Shown here: in pieces, positions 22,801 to 32,557 of the stretch
Numbering within the stretch: the first letter of the stretch is position 1
Layout: each line of letters starts with the position of its first letter
Assembly (NCBI GenBank): GCA_947457885.1
Contig: CANGXU010000004.1
Coordinates: 222 to 64,221 of the forward strand
Direction: 5' to 3'
DNA: 64,000 nucleotides
Source of the DNA: Betaproteobacteria bacterium
Lineage (GTDB): Bacteria; Pseudomonadota; Gammaproteobacteria; Burkholderiales; CAIKXV01
The notes under the pieces: model-generated
Told to the model about the DNA's origin: nothing
Seen by the model: the letters and a program-made list of their open reading frames with translations, nothing else
Database searches by the model: none
Translations under genes and position numbers: made by a program

Positions 22801-23781
22801 GTGACGCCAGGACAGCCGGCCGCTCATCGCGTCGAAGACGAGCGCCTCCAGATCCGGCGCCAGCGTGGCGCGGACCGATGTCAGCTCGACGTCGCTGATC
22901 AGCGAGGTCAGGCGCCCTCCCTGCCTTTCGGCCCAGAGCCGTACCGCGCCCATGCCGCGCTGCACGCCGCCAGGCAGGTCGACCCAGGCCTCCCAGCCTG
23001 ACAGGCTGGTCTCGCGCAGTTCGACGAACACCCGTCCCTCCCAGTCGGCGATGCGCGAAAGGTCGCTGCCACGCCACTCTGCGCGCAGGTCGAGCGGCGC
23101 CGCCAGGCCGTCCGGCGGCACCGCGGTCACGCCCAGCCGATGCCGGCGTCCGACCGATTCGAGCCGGAGATTCACCTTCTTCAACCAGAGTTCCGGTGCG
23201 CCGCGCGCTTCGTCGATCCAGACGACCGCCGCATCGCGGATGACGATGCCACGCTGCTCCAGCACCCAGCGCCCGAATCCGCCATCCTCGCTTGCACTCG
23301 ACACCGGCAGGCCCGCGACCGACAGGATACCCGCGGCATCGCGGCGGATGGTCAGGCTGGGTCCGACGATTTCCAACAGGTGCGTACGCGCGCTGCCGAC
23401 CAGCATGGATCGCCAGGACAGCGTCGTCTCCACGCGCTGCAGGTCGAGTGCCGGCCGGCCGGCCGCATCGTGTACCACCACCTCGCGCATGGACAGGTGC
23501 GGGCGGAGACCATTCCAGTTCGCGGCGATACTGCCGATCGTCACCTTCTGGCCGCTCGCCTCGCTGATCAGGCCGGCGATACGATCGCGATGCTGATCGA
23601 TGCCGGGCAGCACGTAATAGCGCAGGGACAGCACGACGGCCGCGGTGCCGAAGCCGGCCAGCAGGACCAGCACCATCAGCAGCCGATAGGTGCCCAGCGA
23701 TATCTGCCCCAGCACGCGCAGCGAGCGCAGGCGCGCGAGGCGCTGGAGCGGCGATGCAGGGCGGGGAGCGGGATCGTTCAA
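19822..23781 (-). CDS. yhdP: YhdP (TIGR02099, AsmA-like) intermembrane phospholipid transport protein
   Basis: 1319 aa; N-terminal TM; C-terminal 'GRLLGVFNLQSLPRRIALDFRDVFSEGFAFD' and 'YAVTGTWAEP'; upstream of nit-tldD. Confidence 0.93.
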   Translation of the reverse strand: MNDPAPRPASPLQRLARLRSLRVLGQISLGTYRLLMVLVLLAGFGTAAVVLSLRYYVLPGIDQHRDRIAGLISEASGQKVTIGSIAANWNGLRPHLSMREVVVHDAAGRPALDLQRVETTLSWRSMLVGSARTHLLEIVGPSLTIRRDAAGILSVAGLPVSSASEDGGFGRWVLEQRGIVIRDAAVVWIDEARGAPELWLKKVNLRLESVGRRHRLGVTAVPPDGLAAPLDLRAEWRGSDLSRIADWEGRVFVELRETSLSGWEAWVDLPGGVQRGMGAVRLWAERQGGRLTSLISDVELTSVRATLAPDLEALVFDAMSGRLSWRHLPDGFEVSANQLALSQPGRPAAAPTVARLRWREPVAAPSGGMPPATIGGRAERTELTASALEIAPWVALAGQLPLDTKAREWLATLSPRGRLSDVSIAWEGSIQAPAGWQIRARFDALSVEPWGTWPGIDGVSGSIDGSERAGVLRIDSRDLRLALPTLFPLPVAFDTFRGQASWSGQGQRMAIDLGAVSFANADLAGTLSGEIRPWASKRGQVDLTGALSRVQATAVARYMPLVVGEDTRRWLGRSLVSGRSTDVRLRLKGNLEDFPFSDPGHDRGQFLVTVKAQGVDLDYSAGWPKITGIDGDLVFRANRMEILPRSATIAGVKLQRVRAFVPDIVHRDEVLEIVGEAESATSDFLRFIAQSPVDGMLDGATRSMEAQGRGRLSLKLVLPLRHLVDSTVAGSFQFVGNRLVLDRDLPVLDSVNGRLEFTESAVRVNGAAAQMLGGPTVINVASQRDGSVRVGVSGRATAEQLRRDLPAVFGQSLRGATDWRATVNYRRKVGDLVVESSLAGMAIELPPPFGKASAETLPLRIEQVSGTDRDRIAVSLGSALSAQVLRRIDAGQATVERASVVLGGAPAPVPERRGISVSGALRQVSVDAWRPLIAAIASPVGGKGGPELAELDLRIGQVEVIGRRFNDVAVKTTAQPGGWAGSIASKEVSGELAWRSQGRGRLVARLRQINLPPAQATQAVLQQAKFDDAELPALDVAVDSFLLADRALGRLELLAQPEGRDWRIDRLRILNPDATFQMEGLWQSWTAQPRTQVNVRLDIVDSGRLLARLGYPEGVRGGAGRIEGALSWAGSPQDLDVATLGGTLLVEVSKGQFLTLEPGVGRLLGVFNLQSLPRRIALDFRDVFSEGFAFDEIVGTMRINRGAGRLDGFRIQGPAARVLMSGEVNLAKETQNLHVRVTPVLGDSLALAGALLGGPVAGIASFLVQRVLKDPLAQLATFDYAVTGTWAEPAVNRTVRPDPASAPEGSPGNVPPATAPAPG

Positions 23782-23972
23782 GGGCGTTGCGCTAGACTGC
23801 CATACCGGTGATGGACATCAGAGCCACCGGAACGGAAATGATCGGGTCCACGCGTGCTCCGGATAAAGAAAGTCGAGTGTACTGCCATCGTCAGCCCGCA
23901 GCCGGGGGCGGCGCCGCTGGCGCGGCGGCTGACACATGCGGCACGGCCATACGGCCGCAGCCGGCCGGTGGC

Positions 23973-26774
23973 ATGGTGATGCCGCCGATCCCGTCGGTCA
24001 CCGACCCGTACGAGGCAGCGCTCGCGCACAGCCGCTACGTGGCGCGCCTTGCCTCGACGGGTCTCACCGACCGTGAATCGTTCAACGCACTCGCCTCGGC
24101 GCCGTTCGTCCGTGACCGGATGCGCGCCGCGCTGCATCCGGTCGCGGACGGCGGCTGCACCGTCGCGCCGCTGCCGGTGCGCTTGCGGACGCTGCGCCGC
24201 GATTGCCTGCTGGCGCTGATCGGCCGCGACCTCGCCGGCCTCGCCAGCCTGCACGAAGTGATGGCGACCATGACTGCGCTGGCCGAGGAGACGATCTCGG
24301 CGGCCTGCGCCATTGCCACGGACGAGCTTCGCCAGGTGTACGGAAACCCGATCGGCGAGGAATCGGGCCGCCAGCAACCGCTGCTGGTGATCGGCATGGG
24401 CAAGCTCGGTGGCGGCGAACTGAACGTCTCCTCCGACATCGACCTCGTCTTCGTCTATCCCGAGGAGGGCGAAACGCGAGGCGGCACGCGCTCGATCAGC
24501 AACCACGAATACTTCGTCCGCTGCGGCCGGCGCATCATCGCGCTGCTCAACGAACCCACCGGCGATGGCTTCGTGTTCAGGGTTGACATGCGCCTGCGCC
24601 CTTACGGCGACAGCGGACCGCTCGCCTGCAGCCTCGCGATGCTCGAGGAGTACTTCATTGCGCAGGGCCGCGAATGGGAGCGCTATGCATGGATCAAGGG
24701 ACGCGTCGTCGCGCGCACGCCGCTGTTGGACACGGACGCAGGCTCGCCGGGCTTCGAGGCCGGGCTGACCGGGACAGTGCAGCCGTTCGTGTTCCGGCGG
24801 CACCTCGACTTCAGTGCGATAGCCTCGATGCGCGAACTGTCCGGGCAGATCCGGCGCGAAGTGCGGCGCCGAGACATGCTGGGCAACATCAAGCTGGGCG
24901 CCGGCGGCATACGGCAGATAGAGTTCGTCGCCCAGGTCTTCCAGCTGATCCGCGGCGGCAGTGACCTTGCACTGCGTGCGCGACCGACGCTCGATGTACT
25001 CGATGCGCTGAAGATGCGGTCGATCCTGGAGGCACCGGTCGTCGAGCGATTGAAGCAAAGCTACGATGTACTGCGCAGGCTGGAGCACCGTCTGCAGTAC
25101 CTCGACGATGCCCAGACGCATGCCCTGCCCGATTCGGACGAAGACCGCCACCGCATCGCGCTGTCGATGGGCCATGCCGACTGGCCGTCGTTCGCGACGT
25201 CGCTCGACACGTTGCGGGAATCGGTTGGCCTGGTCTTCGAGCAGGCCTGCGCATTCTCTCCCGGCGCGCAAGCCGACCACCCGCTCTCCCCGCTCTGGCA
25301 GGACGACCTGGAACCCTCGGAAGCCGCTGCCACCCTGGCCAGCATTGGCTACCGCGCGCCGGAGCGGCTGGCCGAACGCCTGCTCGAACTGCGCGGCAGT
25401 GCACGCGTGAAGCGCATGGCCGCGAGCGGCCAGAGCCGATTGTCGCAACTGATCCCGCGCGCGCTCGAAGTCGCAGCCGCGCTGCAGGACCCGGACGCGG
25501 CGATCGCGCACCTGCTCGACATCATCGTGAGCATCGGACGCAGGGAGTCGTACCTCGCGCTGCTGCTCGAGTACCCTCCGGTGCTGCAGCGGCTCGGCGA
25601 GCTGGCCTCGGCCAGCCCTTGGGCCAGCGACTACCTGGCGCTGCATCCGATCCTGCTCGATGAGCTGATCGATGCCCGCACGCTGCACGCGCCGCCATCC
25701 TGGCCCAGGCTGATCGCGGAACTGCGCGACCACCTCGATTCGAACGCGGACAACGTCGAGCGGCTGCTGGATGTTCTGCGCCACTTCCGGCACGCGCAGG
25801 TGTTCCGCATCGTCGCCCAGGATCTTGCCGGCGACCTGCCGCTCGAACGCGTGTCGGACCGGCTGAGCGAGTTGGCCGAGGTGGTGCTCGCCGAGGCACT
25901 CGATCGCTGCTGGAAGCACCTGAACGCCGGCCAGCCATCGGTTCCGGCGGCACGCTTCGGGATCATCGGATACGGCAAGCTGGGCGGCAAGGAAATGGGT
26001 TATGGCAGCGACCTCGACATCGCGTTCATTTTCGACGATACACCCGGAGTCGACAACGCCGCCGGAAAGGCTGCACGCGCGTGCCCGGATCCGGTGCCAC
26101 CGGAACGTTACGCCCGCCTGGCGCTGCGCCTGAACTCGTGGCTCACCTCCATGACATCGGCGGGCGTGCTCTATGCGACCGACCTGCGCCTGCGGCCGGA
26201 CGGCGAGTCCGGCCTGCTCGCGCCATCGATGACGGCATTCGAGCAGTACCAGCGCGAGAAGGCCTGGGTGTGGGAACACCAGGCGCTGACGCGCGCGCGT
26301 TTCGTGGCCGGCGATCCGGTGCTCGGGGCACGCTTCGAGCGGCTGCGCATCGATATCCTGCGCCAGCCGCGTGACATCGAGCGCCTGCGCGGCGAGATCG
26401 TTGACATGCGGCGCCGCATGCGCGAGTCGAAGCATGGCGACCACCCGGCAGGCACCTTCGACATCAAGCAAGGCGTCGGCGGGCTGGTCGATCTGGAATT
26501 CATCGTCCAGTTCCTGGTGCTGGCGCACGCCGCGCAGGTACCCGAACTCACCGGCAACGTCGGCAACATCGCTCTGCTCCAGGTGGCAGCCTCTTGCAAC
26601 CTGGTCGAACCGACAATGGCGCAGGCCGCCCAGGTGGCCTATCGGACGCTTCGGCGCACCCAGCATGCGATGCAACTCGCTGGGCGCGATCCTGCCCGGG
26701 CACCGATCGACGGGCTCGATCGCCACGCCGCCGCCGTCGACGCGCTCTGGCAGGCGGTGATCGGCGCGCGCTGA
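23973..26774 (+). CDS. glnE: Bifunctional glutamine synthetase adenylyltransferase/deadenylylase
   Basis: Two NT domains: 'GMGKLGGGELNVSSDIDL' and 'GYGKLGGKEMGYGSDLD'; 'RVDMRLRP'; 'WEHQAL'. Start uncertain (23808-23979). Confidence 0.96.
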   Translation: MVMPPIPSVTDPYEAALAHSRYVARLASTGLTDRESFNALASAPFVRDRMRAALHPVADGGCTVAPLPVRLRTLRRDCLLALIGRDLAGLASLHEVMATMTALAEETISAACAIATDELRQVYGNPIGEESGRQQPLLVIGMGKLGGGELNVSSDIDLVFVYPEEGETRGGTRSISNHEYFVRCGRRIIALLNEPTGDGFVFRVDMRLRPYGDSGPLACSLAMLEEYFIAQGREWERYAWIKGRVVARTPLLDTDAGSPGFEAGLTGTVQPFVFRRHLDFSAIASMRELSGQIRREVRRRDMLGNIKLGAGGIRQIEFVAQVFQLIRGGSDLALRARPTLDVLDALKMRSILEAPVVERLKQSYDVLRRLEHRLQYLDDAQTHALPDSDEDRHRIALSMGHADWPSFATSLDTLRESVGLVFEQACAFSPGAQADHPLSPLWQDDLEPSEAAATLASIGYRAPERLAERLLELRGSARVKRMAASGQSRLSQLIPRALEVAAALQDPDAAIAHLLDIIVSIGRRESYLALLLEYPPVLQRLGELASASPWASDYLALHPILLDELIDARTLHAPPSWPRLIAELRDHLDSNADNVERLLDVLRHFRHAQVFRIVAQDLAGDLPLERVSDRLSELAEVVLAEALDRCWKHLNAGQPSVPAARFGIIGYGKLGGKEMGYGSDLDIAFIFDDTPGVDNAAGKAARACPDPVPPERYARLALRLNSWLTSMTSAGVLYATDLRLRPDGESGLLAPSMTAFEQYQREKAWVWEHQALTRARFVAGDPVLGARFERLRIDILRQPRDIERLRGEIVDMRRRMRESKHGDHPAGTFDIKQGVGGLVDLEFIVQFLVLAHAAQVPELTGNVGNIALLQVAASCNLVEPTMAQAAQVAYRTLRRTQHAMQLAGRDPARAPIDGLDRHAAAVDALWQAVIGAR

Positions 26775-26793
26775 GGACGCCGAGCGCCGCCGC

Positions 26794-27309
26794 TCAGCCG
26801 CGTTCGCCGTCGAGCAGGCGCTGCTTGCGTTCGATGCCCCAGCGATAGCCGCCCGCGCCGCCGTCCTCGCGTACCACCCGATGGCACGGCACGAGCAGCG
26901 CGAGCCGGTTGCTCGCGCAGGCCCGGGCGACGGCCCGCGCCGCGCCTGGACGACCGATGCGCTCGGCAACCTGCCGGTAGCTCGCAGTCGCGCCCGGCGG
27001 TATCGCGCGCAGCGCCGTCCATACCGCCTGCTGGAACACCGTGCCGCGGATGTCCAGCGGCAGGTCGACCGCGGTACGCGGCCGCGCGATCGCGTCCGCC
27101 ACCCTGCCGACCCACGTGGCAAGAATCGCGTCCGCCCCGGCAAGGATGGCCTCGGGAAACCGGTGCTTCAACGACGACGCGAGCATCTCCGTGCTGTCGC
27201 CGAGTTCGACCATGCACACCCCCCGGTCGGTTGCAGCCACCAGCACATGGCCCAGCACGCAGGCACGCACCGCATGGCGGATGCATTCGGCGTTCCGCAG
27301 CCGACTCAA
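26794..27309 (-). CDS. Methylated-DNA--protein-cysteine methyltransferase (Ogt / Ada C-terminal type)
   Basis: 'GTVFQQAVWTALRAIPPG', 'ARAVARAC', active site 'VPCHRVV', 'GGYRWG'. Confidence 0.92.
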   Translation of the reverse strand: MSRLRNAECIRHAVRACVLGHVLVAATDRGVCMVELGDSTEMLASSLKHRFPEAILAGADAILATWVGRVADAIARPRTAVDLPLDIRGTVFQQAVWTALRAIPPGATASYRQVAERIGRPGAARAVARACASNRLALLVPCHRVVREDGGAGGYRWGIERKQRLLDGERG

Positions 27310-28586
27310 GCCTGTACCCGCTCAGGACCGGACAGCCGGCCGGCAAGAAAATAGGAGGTGATCTGCCCCTTGCCCTTGGCCGTCGTGAACATCGGCCCCT
27401 CGAAGCGATAACGTCCACGCAGGCGCTTGTAGGTGACCTCGTCCACCGCGACCTGCCCGAACTCCGCACTGGAGGCCAGGCGCGCGGCGACATTGACGGT
27501 GTTGCCCCAGAGATCGTAGGCGAACTTGGTGCGGCCGATAACGCCTGCCCCGACCGGCCCGGTCGCGATGCCGATGTGCAGTCCGAGCGGCGAACCGTTC
27601 GGAGAGTGACGATCGAGCATGAATCGCTGCATCTGCAGCGCAGCCTCACCCAGCGCCGCAGTGTAGTCGGGCGTCGTGGCGTTGAGCCCGCCCGCGGCCA
27701 TGTAGGAGTCGCCGATCGTCTTGATCTTCTCGATCCCGTTGCGCGCGGCGATCTCGTCGAACCCGCTGAACAGTTCGTTCAGCATGAAGATCACATCCCC
27801 GGGCGCGAGTTCCTCCGACAGCCCGGTGAAATTGACGATGTCGGCGAACATCACGGTGACGTCTGCGTACCCGTCGGCCACCGTGTCCTGCCGCTTGAGC
27901 CGCTCGGCCACCCGGGCAGGCAGCACGTTGAGCAGCAGGCGTTCCGACTTTTCCTGTGCGTCGGTCAGCTGGTCGTGCGAGCGCCTCAGCTCGGTCGACA
28001 GTCGCTGGCGCTCGCGCACGAAATAGCTGATCAGCAGGTACACGATGGTCGAGATCGCTGCGAAGTTGAGCACGAAGAACACCGCGATCGTGTGCATCGG
28101 CAGGGCATAGTCGGTGCCGTACGAGATGAAGTAGTCGAAGAAGCCCGACACCGCGGTCAATACGAGGTAGGCGATGAACCAGGGTATCGACTCGCGCGGC
28201 CCGTGCAGGACCATCATCCCGATCGGCGCCAGAAGCGCCCACAGCATGACGGCGGAAGCGGTGACGAAGTTGCCCATGCCCCACTGCATCATGAAGGGCA
28301 CGAACAGATAGAGGCTGGCCTGCGAGAAGCGGAACGCGACGAAGTCGCCGGTCTTCAGATAATGAACCAGCGTGCCGGCTGAAATCAGCTGGAAGCAGAG
28401 CGGCACGAGGATCTCGAAGCGGATGCCGAGCGCGGTGTAGATGACCATCCACAGGCCGGCTGCGAAGATCATCAGGCCGCAGGCGAGAATGGCCAGCGTC
28501 TTCTGGAGCTTCAGCTCTTCGCTGTCGGTCTCGGAAATGACCGCGTCGCCGGCGCGCTGAAGCAGATCTCCGAGTCCCTTCAACAC
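27306..28586 (-). CDS. Membrane-anchored class III adenylate cyclase
   Basis: About 6 TM, then 'SERLLLNVLP', 'VMFADIVNFT', 'EKIKTIGDSYM', 'YDLWGNTVNVAAR'; the Lys/Asp pair indicates ATP specificity. Confidence 0.92.
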   Translation of the reverse strand: MLKGLGDLLQRAGDAVISETDSEELKLQKTLAILACGLMIFAAGLWMVIYTALGIRFEILVPLCFQLISAGTLVHYLKTGDFVAFRFSQASLYLFVPFMMQWGMGNFVTASAVMLWALLAPIGMMVLHGPRESIPWFIAYLVLTAVSGFFDYFISYGTDYALPMHTIAVFFVLNFAAISTIVYLLISYFVRERQRLSTELRRSHDQLTDAQEKSERLLLNVLPARVAERLKRQDTVADGYADVTVMFADIVNFTGLSEELAPGDVIFMLNELFSGFDEIAARNGIEKIKTIGDSYMAAGGLNATTPDYTAALGEAALQMQRFMLDRHSPNGSPLGLHIGIATGPVGAGVIGRTKFAYDLWGNTVNVAARLASSAEFGQVAVDEVTYKRLRGRYRFEGPMFTTAKGKGQITSYFLAGRLSGPERVQA

Positions 28587-28798
28587 ATCTCCCTTGATGC
28601 TGCACCCACAAGGATGGTTGCATCAACCCGAACGGGGGTCAAGCCGCCCCGCCCCGGCCCGGGCGTCGACGGTGCTTCGGGACCGGCAGTTCCGCTACAA
28701 TCCGGAGTCCGGTCCGGCGGGACTCGCAGGGCCGGATGCATGCGAGCAGTTGCCCGGCGCAGTTGCCCCGATATCCGCAAGAATCCGAAGGAATGGCC

Positions 28799-29719
28799 AT
28801 GTCGATGTCCGACCGCGATGGAGTGATCTGGTTCGATGGGAAGCTGGTGCCCTGGCGCGAGGCGAACATCCATGTCCTTACCCACTCCCTGCACTACGGG
28901 CTTGCCGTCTTCGAAGGTATCCGCGCCTACAAGACTGACAAGGGCACGGCGATCTTCCGACTGCGCGAGCACATGGAGCGGCTGGCCAACTCGGCCCATA
29001 TCTACCAGATGCAGCTCCCCTACGACCGGGAGCAGCTCGCCGAGGCTTGCCGCGAGGTCGTGCGCGAGAACAAGCTCGAATCGTGCTACGTGCGTCCGAT
29101 CGCCTTCTACGGCTCCGAGAAGATGGGCGTGTCGCCGAAGGGTGCCAGCGTGCATGTCGCGATCGCCGCCTGGCCTTGGGGCGCTTATCTCGGGCCCGAG
29201 GGCCTCGAGAAAGGTATCCGCGTCAAGACCTCGTCTTTCGCGCGGCACCATGTGAACGTGACGATGGCGCGCGCGAAGTTCGCCGCGACCTACGCGAACT
29301 CCATCCTTGCCAATCTCGAGGCGACGGCAGACGGCTACGACGAGGCCATGCTGCTCGACGTGGATGGCTTCGTCGCCGAAGGCTCGGGCGAGAACGTATT
29401 CATAGTGAAGAACGGCAAGCTGTACGAACCCGAACTCACGTCGGCCCTCATCGGCATCACCCGCGATGCCGTGATCCAGCTCGCAGGCGAACTCGGCATT
29501 CCGGTCATTTCAAAGCGCCTCACCCGCGACGATGTCTACATCGCCGACGAAGCGTTCTTCACCGGCACCGCCGCCGAGGTCACGCCGATCCGCGAGCTCG
29601 ACAACCGGCGCATCGGCAGCGGTTCCCGAGGCCCGATCACCGAGAAGATCCAGTCTCTGTACTTCGACTGCGTGCACGGACGGGTCCCGCGCCGCCTCGA
29701 GTGGCTGACCCCGGTCTGA
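28799..29719 (+). CDS. ilvE: Branched-chain amino acid aminotransferase
   Basis: 'MSMSDRDGVIW', 'HSLHYG', 'FEGIRAY', 'EGSGEN', 'GITR', 'GTAAEVTP'. Confidence 0.97.
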   Translation: MSMSDRDGVIWFDGKLVPWREANIHVLTHSLHYGLAVFEGIRAYKTDKGTAIFRLREHMERLANSAHIYQMQLPYDREQLAEACREVVRENKLESCYVRPIAFYGSEKMGVSPKGASVHVAIAAWPWGAYLGPEGLEKGIRVKTSSFARHHVNVTMARAKFAATYANSILANLEATADGYDEAMLLDVDGFVAEGSGENVFIVKNGKLYEPELTSALIGITRDAVIQLAGELGIPVISKRLTRDDVYIADEAFFTGTAAEVTPIRELDNRRIGSGSRGPITEKIQSLYFDCVHGRVPRRLEWLTPV

Positions 29720-29727
29720 GCAGCGCG

Positions 29728-29955
29728 ATGTCGACCCGTCCTGCTCCCGCCGCCGAGACCGGCTCGGCCAATCGCGAACGGCTGATCGAGGTGACGGCGG
29801 CCGACCTGCCGCTGCATTGCCCGATGCCATCCATGCTGCTGTGGAACGCGCATCCGCGTGTATTCCTTCCGATAGCGGCCAGCGGCGAGGAACTCTGCCC
29901 CTACTGCGGCACACGCTACCGGCTGAAGGGCGGGCCGGTCTCGCACGGGCATTGA
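29728..29955 (+). CDS. zf-CHCC zinc-finger protein
   Basis: 'LPLHCP...WNAHPRVFL...CPYCGT'; conserved position after ilvE. Confidence 0.9.
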   Translation: MSTRPAPAAETGSANRERLIEVTAADLPLHCPMPSMLLWNAHPRVFLPIAASGEELCPYCGTRYRLKGGPVSHGH

Positions 29956-29983
29956 GCGCAGCCGCTCGCGCGCGGCGATCGTC

Positions 29984-31030
29984 ATGAGCCGGAGCGCACT
30001 GGTGGTGGCCCCTGCCTGGGTCGGAGACACGATCCTCGCACAACCGATGCTGCAACTGATCCGCCGCGCAGAGCCGGATCTGTCGATCGACGTGCTGGCT
30101 CCGCCCTGGACTGCCGGACTCGCCGCTCGCCTGCCCGGCGTGCGCGACGTGATCGAAGCGCCGTTCCGGCACGGCCAACTCGGGCTGGGCGCACGGCGCG
30201 CGGTCGGACGCGCCGTCCGAGCACGCGGGTACGCGAAGACGTGGGTATTGCCGAACTCGTTCAAGTCGGCGCTGGTGCCCTGGTTCGCCGGTATCCCCGA
30301 GCGGATCGGATACGTCGGCGAGTGGCGCCACTGGCTGCTGACCGACGCCCGGCTTCTGGACGAGGCCCGGTTGCCCACGATGGCGGAGCGGTTCGCCGCG
30401 CTGGCGCTCGAAGACGGTGCGGCACTGCCTCCGGTCCCGCCGCCAGTCCTCGACATCGATACCGCGTCACGTACGGCAGCGCTGGCACGGCTCGACCTGC
30501 ACACCGCGCGGCCGGTCGCCGCGCTGTGTCCGGGTGCCGAATACGGGCCTGCGAAGCGGTGGCCACCGAGCCAGTTCGCCAGCCTTGCCGACCGCCTGAT
30601 CGCTGACGGTTTCCAGGTCTGGCTGTTCGGTTCGTCGAAGGACCAGTCGATCACGGCCGAGATCCGTTCGATGTGCAGCGCGCGATCGCAGGATCTGCCG
30701 ACGGACCTCGCAGGCAGGACCTCGCTCGCCGAGGCGATCGACCTGATGTCGCTTGCGGCGCTGGTAGTCAGCAACGATTCCGGCCTGATGCATGTCTCAG
30801 CGGCGCTGGACCTCCCGATGGTCGCGCTGTACGGATCGAGCAGCCCGGGTTTCACCCCGCCGCTGTCGCAGCGCGCCGAGATCGCCAGCCTCGGCCTGCC
30901 GTGCAGCCCCTGCTTCGCGCGCGAGTGTCCGCTGGGCCATTTCCACTGCATGCGGCAACTGACACCAGAGCGGGTACTGGATACGATCGGGCGCATGCGC
31001 GCATCTTCCCTCCCCTCGATCCAGCCATGA
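29984..31030 (+). CDS. waaF: Lipopolysaccharide heptosyltransferase II
   Basis: 'PAWVGD', 'LPNSFKSA', 'CPGAEYGPAKRWP', 'NDSGLMH', 'CSPCFARECPLGH'. Confidence 0.95.
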   Translation: MSRSALVVAPAWVGDTILAQPMLQLIRRAEPDLSIDVLAPPWTAGLAARLPGVRDVIEAPFRHGQLGLGARRAVGRAVRARGYAKTWVLPNSFKSALVPWFAGIPERIGYVGEWRHWLLTDARLLDEARLPTMAERFAALALEDGAALPPVPPPVLDIDTASRTAALARLDLHTARPVAALCPGAEYGPAKRWPPSQFASLADRLIADGFQVWLFGSSKDQSITAEIRSMCSARSQDLPTDLAGRTSLAEAIDLMSLAALVVSNDSGLMHVSAALDLPMVALYGSSSPGFTPPLSQRAEIASLGLPCSPCFARECPLGHFHCMRQLTPERVLDTIGRMRASSLPSIQP

Positions 31031-31467
31031 ACACGCTGATCTATGGCAACTCCCGCGACTGTGAAATCGCCTTCTACCGCGCGTTCGAGGCAGCGGACCT
31101 GTCCGCGATGATGGCCGTCTGGGCGGAAGAAGACGACATCGTCTGCGTGCATCCGGGCGGCCCTCGCCTGACCGGCATCGAAGCGGTACGGGAATCCTGG
31201 CGCAGCATCTTCGCGGGTGGGCCGCGCCTGCGGCTGCGGATGACCCAGCCGCTGGTCACATCGACGCTGCAGACGGCCATCCACACCCTGCACGAGACCC
31301 TGTCGGCACCGCACGAAGCGCGCAGCCGGGTCTCCATGATCGCGACCAACATCTACCTGCGTACCCAGCGCGGCTGGCGGCTGCACCTGCACCATGCTTC
31401 GGCGGTTCCCGAGCATCCCCAGGCGGCCGAACCGGCCGAGGCCGGCATGCCGCCGATCCTGCATTGA
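31027..31467 (+). CDS. NTF2/SnoaL-like (YybH) family protein
   Basis: 'FYRAFEAADLSAMMAVW...CVHPGG...ATNIY...GWRLHLHHAS'; ATG overlaps the waaF stop. Confidence 0.88.
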   Translation: MNTLIYGNSRDCEIAFYRAFEAADLSAMMAVWAEEDDIVCVHPGGPRLTGIEAVRESWRSIFAGGPRLRLRMTQPLVTSTLQTAIHTLHETLSAPHEARSRVSMIATNIYLRTQRGWRLHLHHASAVPEHPQAAEPAEAGMPPILH

Positions 31468-32477
31468 GCGGGGCACCGGAGTTCACTCCGCCGCGCTGGC
31501 TGGCCGGTGCGCACGCCCAGACGATCTATGCGTCGAAGTTCTGCCCGCAGCCGCGGGTCGCCTACCGGCGCGAGCGCTGGGACACGCCGGACGGCGACTT
31601 CATCGAGGTCGACTTCATCCCGGCACCCGAGGCTGCCGGAAAGGCGCCTTGGCTGGTGCTGTTCCACGGACTGGAAGGCAGTTCACGCAGCCACTACGCG
31701 CGCACCCTGATGCAGTTGGCCGGTCGCCTGGGTTGGAACGGCGCGGTACCGCATTTCCGTGGCTGCGGCGGGGAAGCGAACCGGCTGGCCCGCGCCTACC
31801 ACTCGGGCGATACGCCGGAAGTGGACTGGATCCTGCGGCGTTTCGCGGCACGCGCCGGCAGCGCGCCAGTCCATGCCGCTGGGATCTCGCTCGGTGGCAA
31901 CGTGCTGATGAAATGGCTGGGGGAACAGGGCGCCGGCGCGGCCGGCGTCATCGACTCGGCAATCAGCGTCTGCGCGCCAGTCGACCTGGCCGCAGCAGGT
32001 GCCGCGCTGGAGCGTGGCTTCTCGCGCCTGTATGCCTTGAGCTTCCTTCAGACGCTCAAGGACAAGGCGCTGGAGAAGCACCGGCGCTTCCCCGGGCTGT
32101 TCGATGCGGGCGCGCTGGCACGGGCACGCACCATGCGCGCGTTCGATGACCTTTTCACCGCTCCGCTGCACGGCTATCGCAACGTCGATGATTACTGGAC
32201 GCGTGCCAGTTGCAAGCCTGTGCTCGGAGCGGTCGCGGTGCGTTCGCTGATGATCAACGCGCTCGACGACCCGTTCCTCCCGCCGTCGGCCTTGCCGAGG
32301 CAGGATGCAGTGTCCGCCAGCATCACGCTGGAGTATCCGTCCGCCGGTGGCCATGTCGGCTTCGTCGGCGGCCGCCCGCCTGGCCATACCGGCTGGCTGG
32401 CGAGCCGCGTCGCGCATTTCCTCGACGTCCCCGCGATGCCAGGGGATACGCGTGTGCCTGATGACCCCACTGTTTGA
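31464..32477 (+). CDS. YheT-family alpha/beta hydrolase
   Basis: 'HAQTI', 'FHGLEGSSRSHY', nucleophile 'GISLGGN', 'DDPF', 'GGHVGF'. Confidence 0.92.
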   Translation: MSGAPEFTPPRWLAGAHAQTIYASKFCPQPRVAYRRERWDTPDGDFIEVDFIPAPEAAGKAPWLVLFHGLEGSSRSHYARTLMQLAGRLGWNGAVPHFRGCGGEANRLARAYHSGDTPEVDWILRRFAARAGSAPVHAAGISLGGNVLMKWLGEQGAGAAGVIDSAISVCAPVDLAAAGAALERGFSRLYALSFLQTLKDKALEKHRRFPGLFDAGALARARTMRAFDDLFTAPLHGYRNVDDYWTRASCKPVLGAVAVRSLMINALDDPFLPPSALPRQDAVSASITLEYPSAGGHVGFVGGRPPGHTGWLASRVAHFLDVPAMPGDTRVPDDPTV

Positions 32478-32557
32478 CACCCCGCCGGACCGGCGGTACT
32501 AATCGCGCCGTCAGCCGGTCAGCTTCGGGCCTCGCCCGCTCCCAAGGACGCTCCAGC

